In this document: positions 23,023 to 34,852 of the stretch, piece by piece
Position numbering within the stretch: position 1 is the first letter of the stretch
How the letters are laid out: each line of letters opens with the position of its first letter
Translations under genes and position numbers: made by a program
The notes under the pieces: generated by a model
What the model saw: only the letters and a program-made list of their open reading frames with translations
Told to the model about the DNA's origin: nothing
The model's database searches: none
DNA from: Octopus sinensis
Taxonomy: Eukaryota
Assembly (NCBI RefSeq): GCF_006345805.1
Contig: NC_042998.1
Location: 148,304,001 to 148,368,000 of the forward strand
Direction of reading: 5' to 3'
DNA: 64,000 bases

Positions 23023-23327
23023 TATATATAGGGAGAGAGTGTGTGTGAGTATATATATATATATCAGCAGACACGTTCGTACATTTGAATGTTTGCCATG
23101 GAAACGTAGTTATTTGACATGCGCATCACTTAGCAGACTTCCGGTCCATGAGGAATAGTTTCCTTTAAAATGTCGTTCTCGTCACGACATCGAAACATTG
23201 AATAATTTCTTTCTTATCTATTTCTTCTTTTCCTTCCTTTTCGTTTCCTTTGTCTTCTCCTCCTTCTTTCTTTCTTTCCGATTCTTCTCCTTTTTTGTTC
23301 TTGTTCAACTTGTCGTTACAGCAACGC

Positions 23328-23641
<314 letters not shown>

Positions 23642-24474
23642 GTTTTGTTGTTGATGTTTTTACTTTTTGCTAGCTTCCTTTCTTCCATTGTACATTTGTT
23701 CATCCCCTCTCCCATTGTTCAATACCTTTGTTTTTGGTGTTGCTGTTGGTATTGCTGTTCTTCCATTTTTTATTTTGTTATTTTTCGTCATGGTTTTTGT
23801 TTTTATAATTTCTCTCTGTTTTCCAGTCTTTCTAATTTTCCATGTTTTTCTCTCATATTTTACCTACCTGTAAGGTCCTTGCCATTTCTGCTGTTGTTAT
23901 TGTTGTCATTTTTATTGCTATTGTTCTTATCATTAGTGCTGCTGCTGTTGCCGCTGTCACCGCTACAGTTTGTATAATGATACCAAAGTCAGAAATTTTT
24001 CATTTAATGTGATAGGGCTAAATCGGTTCTTTTCAGTCCGTTTTACCTATTTATTATTATTTTGTTTGCCCGTGGAACCATTTCTGTTCAGCATGGTCAG
24101 CTGGTAAACCCACTAAGCAGACGCCATTTTATTTAGTTTTCCGCCTTCCTCATCATTGAAGCGAACGTTTTTATGCTAGCCATTTAAATGGAAGTCAGGG
24201 TTAATGTTTCATAGGTTTACTCCTCATATCGTTATCAAGAGAAGGTCAATTCCACGAGAACTGAGGAACAACAGTTTTGTTGTTATTGTTACACCATTAC
24301 GGCCCTTGCGGCTAATGAAGAAACTATTGTTACATCTTATCCTGTTTGTACTTATCTTTCTGTTTTTCTTCAATACTGCTCTATGATATTTGCTCCACCA
24401 CGACACATTTTGTTTTAGTTGAAGGTCACAAACAAAGCAAAAAGCCACTTAGTGTTAGGAACTATGAAGGAGAA

Positions 24475-25575
24475 ATAAAAACACAAAGAATGATTTATCT
24501 TTAGACTCGAATGAGTTCAGGTTATAAGGAAGAGGAAAACAATGTAATGGAAGAGAATTTTAGAGTCTGGCAATTCGAGGGAAAATGTTACGACCGTAGA
24601 AAGACTTCCTTATTCGTGGAAGCACAACAGCATTTGGATGAAAATGCAGCGAGTTTCGGGCCAGGCGAGATGGCACAAAGTGATCTGGAAGAAGGAGGGA
24701 AAATTTATCAGAGCACTTCATGTAGTAATAGTAACAGAAAAGATTCAAGACTATTGACGATGTGACATGAGTTGCATAGTTGAAGCAAGAAAGGGACTAA
24801 TCAAAGTAGAAACTCGCTTCTGAACCCGATCTTCGAAGAGATCCAGGTGACAAGATGGTGCACTTACCCAAATATGACAACAGTATTCCATACAACGACG
24901 AATTGTGGACTGGCAAAGGTACAAAATGGCTTCAAATGTAATGTAGTCTTTCAACCTATACAATAACCCATCACAAGAAAAGCAGATCTACCAAACTGAC
25001 TATGTAAGAACCTCAAGAAATATCAGGTGAGAAAGTAAGATCAAACAGTTTCAAAGTCCTATTCTCAAGAGGTTTGGTTGTTTCACCATGTAACATGGGC
25101 ACAAAGACCTGAAAGGAATGACCTGATAGCGCCAAAGACCTTTGCGCAGACACCATAAACAGAGAGCTTATGGAGCAAACCAGCATACCGTACCTTATCA
25201 AAGGCTTTGGGTATATTAAGAGCTATTGCACGACTCCCTCCTGATTTATCCATAAATAGGCAGATGTGTTCTGTAATAACATTCAGAAGATCAACAGTAG
25301 AACGAGAGCCACGAAAGCCGAACTGAGTCGTAAGGAGTCCTAAGCTTTCAAGAAACTCAACCAACGTTGTTGATGAGCCACTCCAAGACCTTGCTAACGA
25401 CCGCAAGGAGACTAACAGGACGATATCTGTTTGTATGAGAAGACTCACCATCGTTCTAATATTGTTTCTAACATAATGCAGTCTTATAACTATAATATAA
25501 AATATCGCTGTGAGTGAAAATATATTGAATGTTAGTAACATTAAAATGCTAAAGTAACATCGATTAGATGACAAG
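24475..25575 (-). mobile_element. Degenerate, internally deleted CR1/Jockey-group LINE RT fragment
   Basis: QFGFRGSRSTVDLL, SRAIALNIPKAFDKV.YAGLLHKL..YGV, LYLCQSTIRRCMEYCCHIW, C-terminal FFPR.ARL.NSLP. Confidence 0.85.
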
Positions 25576-25762
25576 AGAAAAAAATATTATCAGAAACAGC
25601 ATTGAACTAAAATAGTTCTCTGTGTATCATACTAAATGTATATTGAAAGACATGATGCTGTGGTTTTCGTCTGCGAGAAAATCCTTTCTTAGATATGTTG
25701 TGTTAAAAACACAGTATATATCAGAGCGAGGCGAATATGAACTCAGTAGCAACCCACGAGAG

Positions 25763-25803
25763 CGACAAATACGTTTCGTCCTCCTTGAGGCTTGTCAATG
25801 TCG
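25763..25803 (-). ncRNA. Minimal type I hammerhead motif with U3-A8 core
   Basis: Minus strand: cgaca-UUGACAA-g-ccuc/aag/gagg-ac-GAAA-CG-UA-uu-ugucg. Confidence 0.6.
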
Positions 25804-25869
25804 TGACTTGCTAAGACGAAATTCGTGCTTTGATATGTAGGAAAAAGGGAATAATACATTTACTAGCTA

Positions 25870-26030
25870 ACATGCTCATTGCAAATACAATCTGTAAGCG
25901 GATAAGTAGAAATGTGCAAGACTTTTCTCACGTTCAAAATGTGACATTGTTTTTTTGTTACCTACATTCCAAGGATTGAGTTTCTATCTCTGGTAGAAGG
26001 CAACTACTTTCATACGGAAACAATTCAATT
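25870..26030 (+). mobile_element. 3' terminus of the second RLE LINE family
   Basis: caaatacaatctg..agcgga..agta.aaat.tgcaagacttttctca.gtt.a.aatgtgaca.tgtttttt matches 53120-53210. Confidence 0.7.
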
Positions 26031-26045
26031 AATTAATAGTAGATG

Positions 26046-26081
<36 letters not shown>

Positions 26082-26207
26082 ACACACACACACACACACA
26101 CACCACACACACACACACACCACACACACACAACACACACACACACACACATACACACACATATATACACCTACACATACATATGTGTGTGTATGCATGT
26201 TTGTATG

Positions 26208-26238
<31 letters not shown>

Positions 26239-27846
26239 GTGTGTGTATATATACATACATTCATACATACACGATATATTCTATCTATACACACACACAT
26301 ACTTATTTAGAATATACTGTAATATTTTTTTCAGTTATTTGCAATCAGTTTTTGTAGATGAAATGAAATTATCAAGTTGATGAAGCACATCAGCATTCCA
26401 TTTTAGGAACTTCATGCTTTCGTAAGTACGTCATTTGCCTCTGTAACAGGTTACCTGCCTTTCTTGTAACAGGTTATCTGCCTCTGCAGCCGGTTATCTG
26501 TCTCTGTATAATGTTCCTGAGAAAATAGATGATAATAATGCTTAACTGAGAATAAATGGAAGAACACAGGTATGGTGGACCACAGTCAACTGGGGGTTAT
26601 GTAGCCAGTATTACACAACACGAAAACACTCATAACTATCAATTATGACCAAGCAATTGATAGTAAAGATTAAAAGAAGCCATGGAGGGGCGTTACTTTT
26701 GGCGTCCATTTTGGAAGATTCATACCGTTGATAGCTAGTGCTATTTGAACTCAGAAATTAGAGATTTAAATTCAAGAACCACACTGTTTTACTATTCCAT
26801 ATTGTCATCACTATACAAGAAGCAATTGTTACTTCCTTGCAATAATAACAAAGTGCTTATGAATCGTGCATAACCGTATATATATATATATATGCTATTC
26901 ATGTATGTTTGTGTGTAGGTGTAGGAGTGCGTACGAATGTGTGTGTGCGCGTGTATGTGTGTGTGTCTATGCGTGTATGAGCGTATGTGTATGTTTGTAT
27001 CTATGTGTGCTTGTGTGTTGTTACTTGCCGACATTTGTGTCAAGTTAAATTTGTTTTAATGAGTTTAGATCAAATAGAAATGCGTTTACTCTTAAATCAA
27101 ACAACCATTTCTTTTTAAAATATTGCGTGTGAAATCACAAATTTCCAATATAATCAACAGAAAGTTGGAATAAGAAACAAACAAAAACAAAAAAATGAAT
27201 AAAATAAAAAATAAAACAAAGCAAGCAAAAGAAAAACAAAAACACCAAAACTAAAACATACAATTCATTGATTGATGGACCGAGTTACTAACACACTTCA
27301 TTTATCTATGTACACACATATTCGCAGGCACACAGGTACATACATACATACATACATACAAACATACATACATACATACATAACATACATACATACATAC
27401 ATACATACATACATACAACACGCATACATATATGTATATGTAAACATGCGTGCGTATATATATATATATATATATTTGTATATCTGTTGAGCGTGTGTAT
27501 GTGTATATATACACACACACACATATATATATATATACATACATACAATTTTTACATATATGTACGTATATATATGCAAGTATATATACATGCATACGTA
27601 CATACAAAGTAACAGAGAAAAAGAAGAGAGAGCGACAAAATAATAGCAAAACCGCTGTACACACATATACTGACGCATGTACGCATATATTCTTGCACAA
27701 CAACATACATAATCAAATATATAAATACACAATACATGCATACATACATACACACACACACAAATAGACACAAACACACGCACACATACACACATATATA
27801 TATATACATAGACACACGCATACACATATATATATATTACACCTAG

Positions 27847-27906
<60 letters not shown>

Positions 27907-28133
27907 TGACATATATACATCATATATCTGTAGTCGTGTTTTTTGTGCAATCAAAGACTAATATACACGTCAGCAAACACGCACACGGATGCACCATACT
28001 CCATAAATGTATACACCAATATAATGTATATACGTATATATAAATATTATTCACATACACATACTCAGTGGCAAGATTTATGTATGTATGTATATATATA
28101 TATATATATATATATACATACATACACACACAT

Positions 28134-28165
<32 letters not shown>

Positions 28166-28235
28166 TACACACATGCGAACACAAACATATATACAACATG
28201 AATAGACACAGAGGCACCAAAAGTGTCTCCGTATG

Positions 28236-29700
28236 TGTGTACCTCGACCGTGTCCTTGCCCCCCTAGTGGCATCTCTTCCCTCCCACATCCACGATACCA
28301 ACCATGCTCTCCGGCTTTTCAACTCTTTCTCCTTTCCTCCCGGCTCCTCCAAAATCCTTTTTACTATGGACATCCAAAGCCTCTATACTGTTATCCCTCA
28401 CCACGAAGGACTGCAGGCCCTTCGACACTTTCTTGACCTCCGCTCTAACCCTGTACCTGACACCTCCACACTCATTCGTCTGGCCGAACTTGTCCTTACT
28501 CTGAACTGCTTCTCGTTCGCGGGCGAGTTCTACCATCAGGTCTCGGGAGTGGCCATGGGAACGCGAATGGGCCCCAACTATGCGAACCTTTTCGTTGGCT
28601 ATGTTGAGGCCCAAATATTCTCTAATTTCACTGGTCCCACTCCTGAACTATATGGTCGTTATATTGACGACATTATCGGTGCCACCTCACTCTCCCGCGA
28701 ACATCTAGATTCCTTCCTCTCTTTCGTCCAATCTTTCCATCCAGCCCTCCACTTCACTTCCACTATCTCCAACACCTCTGTCTCCTTCCTCGACATTTCG
28801 GTTAGCATTCTTCACTCCACTCTTACCACCTCCATTCACTACAAACACACAGACTCACACTCATACCTCAACTTCTCTTCCTCCCACCCAGAACACACCA
28901 AGCTTTCCATCCCTATTCCCAATTCCTCCGTCTACGTAGGCTCTGTAGTGACGACCATGACTTTGAGACTCAGTCTCAACGTATGGCTTACCACTTCACC
29001 ATACGTGGATACCCCCTCACCACTATCCACACCGCCCTTGCCAGAGCACGGTCCGTGGACCGTGTATCTGCTCTCTCTCCCCGAACCCGCCCTGTAGTCT
29101 CCCGCCTCCCTTTTCCCCTCACTTACCACCCCACGACCCTACGTCTCCAACGCACCATTCTTCGAGCTTTCCGTCATCTCCAGTCCGACCCGTCCACTTC
29201 ACACCTCTTCCCTAACCGACCCCTCCCCTCTTTCAAACGAGCCCACAACCTTCGAGACCTTTTGGTCCATAGCTCCTTCCCTGACCCTACCTCCCAACCC
29301 GGCTCGTTCCCCTGCTCCCGCCCACGTTGCCGCACTTGCCCTTACCTCTCCAACACCACCCGCCTCACTAGCACCCACCATCGACCCTATCCCATCATCC
29401 ACTCCTTCACCTGCACCTCCAGCAATATTATCTATTGCATCTCTTGCTCTCTCTGCAATTCCTTGTACATCGGACAAACGGGACGCCGCTTGGCTGACCG
29501 GTTCGCGGAACACCTTCGTGACATCCACCTTGCGAACGACACACCGTCTCACGCCATTTCCGCTCCACCGGTCACTCCTTGCAACACCTATCTGTGTTCG
29601 GTTTGTCCTTACACAGAGGCCATCCGGATTCCCGTTTGCGCCGTGAACAGGAATTAATCTTCTCTCTTCGCTCTTATACGCCATTTGGTCTCAACACTCT
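28236..29700 (+). pseudogene. PLE RT-GIY-YIG ORF with two apparent frameshifts (~28915, ~29545)
   Basis: FTMDIQSLYT, GVAMGTRMGPNYANLF, RYIDD, FLDI, CSRPRCRTC, IYCISCSLCNSLYIGQTGRRLADRFAEH, REQELIFSLRSYTPFGLN. Confidence 0.93.
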
Positions 29701-30502
29701 CCCCCCCTCCTCATCTAACCCCCCTCCCCTCTCCTCACCTATCCTTTCTCCCCCCGACCCCTACTTCTTCAGTCCTTCATCCTTTCACCCCTACTCCCCT
29801 TCTCTTCTTCCTTCTTTCTCCCTCCCTCTTCCCATTCCCTCTGCTCCCTCTCTCCCCTTCCTTCCCCCCATCCTCTCCTCTTCCCCTTCTCCTCCCCCTC
29901 TTCTCCCCCTCCCCTTCTCTCCCCCTCTTCTCCCCCTCCCCCTCTTCTCCTCACTACACCACATGACTTTACACATCACATCACATATGATGTGCCATAC
30001 TAATACACACACCAAGTAATACATACTAATACGTACTAATACATACTAGTACATACTAATACTTACACCAACCCTATACATACACACGTCCAGACCCCGC
30101 ATACGCACTTATACTCTCTCACACACACACACACACCTATACATACAATACGTACTAATACATACTAATACATACTAATACATACACCAACCCCATACAT
30201 ACGCGACGTCCAGACCAATCCTACGCACTAATACTCTCTCATACACACACACACACACACACACCCTTATCATACTAATACATACACCAACCCTATACAT
30301 ACACACATCCAGACCCCTCCCACGCACTTTTAGCTGGTCCCTCAACCCTTTTATCAACCCTATTATCTCCCCTTATTTCGGTCTCGCGTCTCATGTTTGA
30401 TCTTTGACCTCTGGCCGAAATCAGATCGCCATGTTGATTCGTTAGCTCTGCACGCACGCATTTTTTTTCTCTATTCTTTCTGTGTTTTTCTCTCTCTGTG
30501 TA

Positions 30503-30540
30503 TCTTTCTGTTGAAGAGCGTAGGCTCGAAACGTTAAAGA
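30503..30540 (+). ncRNA. Minimal type I hammerhead ribozyme (A6U variant) in pLTR
   Basis: tcttt-CTGTTGA-a-gagc/gtag/gctc-GAAA-CG-TT-aaaga. Helix I tcttt/aaaga, palindromic ACGT helix III. Confidence 0.75.
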
Positions 30541-30683
30541 CTTGTTTTTATTTATATTTCCTGAGCGCCATACTAATACAATTGTTCGTTGTTTTCCACC
30601 TGCCTTCGCTTTTGTTTATTTTCATAAAGCTTCCCGTATGTATATATATGTATATATATTATATATAGATATATATAGTATAT

Positions 30684-30730
<47 letters not shown>

Positions 30731-30883
30731 CACACACCATATATATAAATATGTATATATATATTTGTTATGTTTATTCATATTATTTGTGTGTGTATAT
30801 GTATGCCTATATATGCATGTGTATTTATGTATATATATAATATATTTTTATAATATATATTTACACACACAAACATAATATAT

Positions 30884-30917
<34 letters not shown>

Positions 30918-31436
30918 ATATATTATACATATATTATGTATATATAAAGATATATGCAGTTGAAATGAGACTAAAATGTGTTAGTCTTGCCAATCCGTCA
31001 TCTCTCAACAATCACAAAAATTGGTTTGCTCTTGACGATAGGAGTCATCCTTCAATAGGTGACCAACCATCTTGATTTACAGGCGAGGTCGACAGCAGCG
31101 AAGCGATCATTAGTCCATATCAACAGGATTGAGTTGAACACAACAATGTGAACTGGTCGCTTACATACTGCACATATATATGCATATATGTATACGTGAG
31201 CTTATATGTATGTTCATTTTTAAATAATGCTCCAAAGTTATCGATTTTGTTAGTGAAGAAAAATTGCTTGATAGACAATTACTTACTTTTAAGAGGGCAT
31301 ACAAGAAAATAAGCCGCTTTAGTCTTAGATAACCTAAGGATTGGGTATGACGTCTGTCTGCCTCTCTGACCTTCTCTCTTTTTTTCTCCCTCTCTGTCTG
31401 TCTCTCTTTATCATATCTATACAAACATACAAACAT

Positions 31437-31535
<99 letters not shown>

Positions 31536-31585
31536 CATACATACTTACACATACATATATGCATGCGTATGTATGTGTGTGTGTG

Positions 31586-31906
31586 AAGGCAGATGCCTTA
31601 GTGGTTAGGGTATTCAGCTCGCAATCGTAGGGTCGTGATTTCGATTGTCGGCGGCGTCTTGTGTTCTTGAGCAAGATACTTTACTTCACGGTGTTCCAGT
31701 CCACTCACCTGGCAAAAATGTGTAGTGCTTGTATTTCAAGGGGCCAGCTTTGTCACACTCTGTATCACGCTGAATCTCCCTGAGAAGTATGTGAAGGGGT
31801 ACGCGTGTCTGTGGAGTGATCAGTCACATCCACGTTAATCTCACGAGCAAACTGTTCCGTTGATCTAATTAACTGGAACACTCGCCGCCGTAAGCGATGG
31901 GGTGCC
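31586..31906 (+). mobile_element. tRNA-derived SINE sharing the family A head/core, third body type
   Basis: ggcagatgccttagtggttaggg...gatttcgattg...tgtgttcttgagcaagatactttacttcacg.tg.tccagt. Confidence 0.7.
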
Positions 31907-31934
31907 TCTGTGTATATAATAATATATAATATAT

Positions 31935-32004
<70 letters not shown>

Positions 32005-32016
32005 GTATGATGTATG

Positions 32017-32051
<35 letters not shown>

Positions 32052-32599
32052 TCACACACATTATTATATATTTGTTTTGCTAGTTTCCTGATATGAAATC
32101 GAGTGTTGAAACAGATATTATATTTCTGGATGGTCATTTTTTTTTTGCCAAATAAACACAGGTACTATATATTCGTCCTTCACTTCAGCTTTAATATTGC
32201 CCTTATTTTATCTGAAACCATTTGTCACACATCCTGTGACCTCTTCAGCGGCTCTCCGTCCCATATGTTACCTATTTAGCTTCGTCAATTCTGTCTTTCT
32301 ATAGTCTGAATCCTTATATGTGTGTGTGTCCGTGTGTGTGAGTGTGTATGTGTGTGTGTGTGTGCGTGTGTGGGGGTGTCTCCGTGTTCTGTATATGTTT
32401 TGTGTGTGTGTTTGTGTGCGTGCGTATGAGTTTGCTTACTATACTGTTTGCACCCGTGACATTTATTTATTTTTTTTTCATTTGTTTACTTATTTCTCTT
32501 GTTTTTTCTCATTCCGTCTTAAGTATGTATATGTGTGTCTTTTCTGTGCGCGCGCGCGTGCATGTGTGTGTGTAGGCTTATTATTATACTGTATGTTTG

Positions 32600-33690
32600 T
32601 ATGTCTCTTTTTTCTCTCATTATCTCTTTAGTAGTCATTTTGCGTATAGTAATCGGGGTTGTTATTGTTCCATTCGAGGTTTCTGTTGAGGCTCAGTCTC
32701 TCTACTACTTTGTGTGTGGTCTCTGTAATCTAAGTGTCATGTTTGTTCTATGTGCTGACAATACCATAACATCTATGTTATTAACCGAACCTCTATGTTC
32801 TAACTGAGCATGTTGGTGGAGCACTGACAAGAGTTTCTCTTCTTTGAGCTCTCTCCAGTGTTCACATATCAGTTCCCCTATGCTACGTATTGCTTTCTCA
32901 ATGTATGTTGTTATCTTGGTTGTGCACCGTTCCTCAGTACACCGTATGCTATAGACTACATTCCTAATCTTACAGTTAACTTCTGGATTCATCCTACACA
33001 CTATGCAGTTGTTCTGTGCACATGGAGGCCTTTTGAATGGATATATTCTACAGGGATTTTACGGTGGTTCCTGAACTTTCTACTACCGTGGATTTGCCTA
33101 ATCTAATGTTTTTTCAAAAGGTATGCTAGTTCACCGTCATGGGTAATAGCATCAACTATCACGATACTCTGGGACGGGCTGATCCCAGTTGCATCATATG
33201 ACTGCCTTGCACTTAGCCCTGAGTCCTTTGTACACTCTAATCCTGTCCCTTTGGCTGTAACCAGACTATTGCATGTAGTGAATGTAGTGTTGTATGTGTT
33301 TTTCTAATTCTGTTGGGTCGTATACGCGGGAAACATTCCTCATCACTCTTACCAGGTCCGCTTTTAGAATTTTGAAACTGGTGTTGTGCGTAATAGCTGC
33401 GTTCTTGTGGATCAGGTATTTATTGGCCATAGGTTTGATATAGTGGGAATAGAGGATCTGGACCATATTTTTCTTAGTTTCCAGCCAGATTTCTGTGTCT
33501 AAGACCAGTAGCCTATAGTTAGGGTGCTTGTTAGGGTAATGTACTATTGTTTTAATACTCTGGTGGATGGAGTTAGCTATTTGCTGCATGCTCTCCATGG
33601 TGCTAGCTTCTTGTTCATAGACACTGTCTTGTAGGGGTGCTTATGCCACATTGTTGATATCATCCACATAGCAGGAGTACCTGGAGCCCT
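32600..33690 (-). mobile_element. Degenerate Penelope-like element of a distinct lineage
   Basis: CYVDDIN catalytic motif, MQQIANSIHQSI...LVLDTEIW...HYIKPMAN, and GIY-YIG-like NVVYSIRC...YIEKAIRSIGELICEH. Confidence 0.8.
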
Positions 33691-33736
33691 CTGATCATCA
33701 TTATCCTCATTATTATTATTGTTATCATTATTATTA

Positions 33737-34714
33737 AAGCGGCGTGCTGGCAGAATTGCCACTATTCTGGATGTACGGAGAATGAGGGAAAAGAACTGGT
33801 CAGGAATGGGAGTGCTGCTCCTGGTGCAGATTCAACAGGAAAATATTCATACCATCCCAGATTCCGTTAACTTGCCGGATGGCACCAGGCTACACGTTGC
33901 TGTGGAGGGGCGAAAGCCAAAATGTTACCTCTGCAGCAGCGAAAGCCACATAAAAAGGGACTGCCCCATTTACAAGAAAAGAATTGAGGCAGACGGTAAG
34001 AGGCAGCAGCAGCAACAACAACTACAACAACAGCACGAAGCACCAAAGACTGCCACACCACCAACACCATCACCATCACCACGACGAACGACACCACCTC
34101 CAACAACAACCACCAAACCAACACCAACCCCAGCACCTAGAAAATCAACAACAAAAAAACAAGAAGAAGAAACACCAACACCGTCACCATCACCAAAAGA
34201 CACAACAACACCACCGCTACCAGCAGAACAAACAATCTTTCGCCCCTCTGATGAAGCGGACCCAACAGCCATCCCCTTTCCGGATCAGGACAGCTCGGAT
34301 TGTGCGAGCACTGATACCGAGAAAGGGGAATGGCACACAGTGCCTCCAAAGAAGAAGAAGAGGAAAAAACAAAAGAACACACAGGGGAAACATGAACAAA
34401 TAGTGCTTCCCAACATCAACAACAACAACAAAAACACACACTCACAACAACAAACAACAACAACATTTTCGACACCACTACTGCCACTGTCACACACACC
34501 AACACACACAGACACAATTACAGCAATAAACACAAAGAATGAAAAACTCGTTGCATACCTAAAAGACAAAACAAGTACAAACATAACAGATTTCGTTATA
34601 CCAACACACAACACACCACCAGCACACATTCTCACAATCGAAATCAACGCAACAACATACAGTGACATAAAACAAATATTCCCTAACGATGTCGGATCGC
34701 TAGGGAAAAGTTAA
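33737..34714 (+). CDS. Tx1 ORF1 (gag-like, CCHC knuckle), N-terminally truncated
   Basis: Open frame with CYLCSSESHIKRDC followed by a Pro/Thr-rich tail and KKKKRKK. The annotated TTG start lies in the flanking microsatellite. Confidence 0.8.
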   Translation, partial: KRRAGRIATILDVRRMREKNWSGMGVLLLVQIQQENIHTIPDSVNLPDGTRLHVAVEGRKPKCYLCSSESHIKRDCPIYKKRIEADGKRQQQQQQLQQQHEAPKTATPPTPSPSPRRTTPPPTTTTKPTPTPAPRKSTTKKQEEETPTPSPSPKDTTTPPLPAEQTIFRPSDEADPTAIPFPDQDSSDCASTDTEKGEWHTVPPKKKKRKKQKNTQGKHEQIVLPNINNNNKNTHSQQQTTTTFSTPLLPLSHTPTHTDTITAINTKNEKLVAYLKDKTSTNITDFVIPTHNTPPAHILTIEINATTYSDIKQIFPNDVGSLGKS

Positions 34715-34852
34715 GTTTCTCAAAGAAACTTTATAAAAATATCGTGGAAGCACCCGTGCAAAAGCACAAGGGAGCCACCCCCACCACCAGTAAGTAGAGC
34801 CTTTTTCTCCTATTATTTTTTCCCCACCTTTTCCCCACAATTCCACCTAGTC

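Larger units (their letters stand above)
28236..30625 (+). mobile_element. 5'-truncated Penelope-like element (Neptune-like linker) with 3' pLTR
   Basis: RT and GIY-YIG ORF remnant, then C/T-rich tract, ~3 x ~110-bp tandem units, and a terminal region with a hammerhead. Confidence 0.85.

Noticed and set aside
24000-24450. Possible very old RTE LINE 3' fragment on the minus strand
   Set aside because: Only a vague resemblance with no diagnostic motif. Needs a profile search.
26436-26510. ~20-bp minisatellite (tgcctctgtaacaggttatc) as a CRISPR-like array
   Set aside because: Direct tandem units without spacers, in a eukaryotic context.
27943-28235. N-terminal part of the 384-aa ORF
   Set aside because: Read-through of (TA)/(CA) repeats. 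PLE homology starts near 28236.
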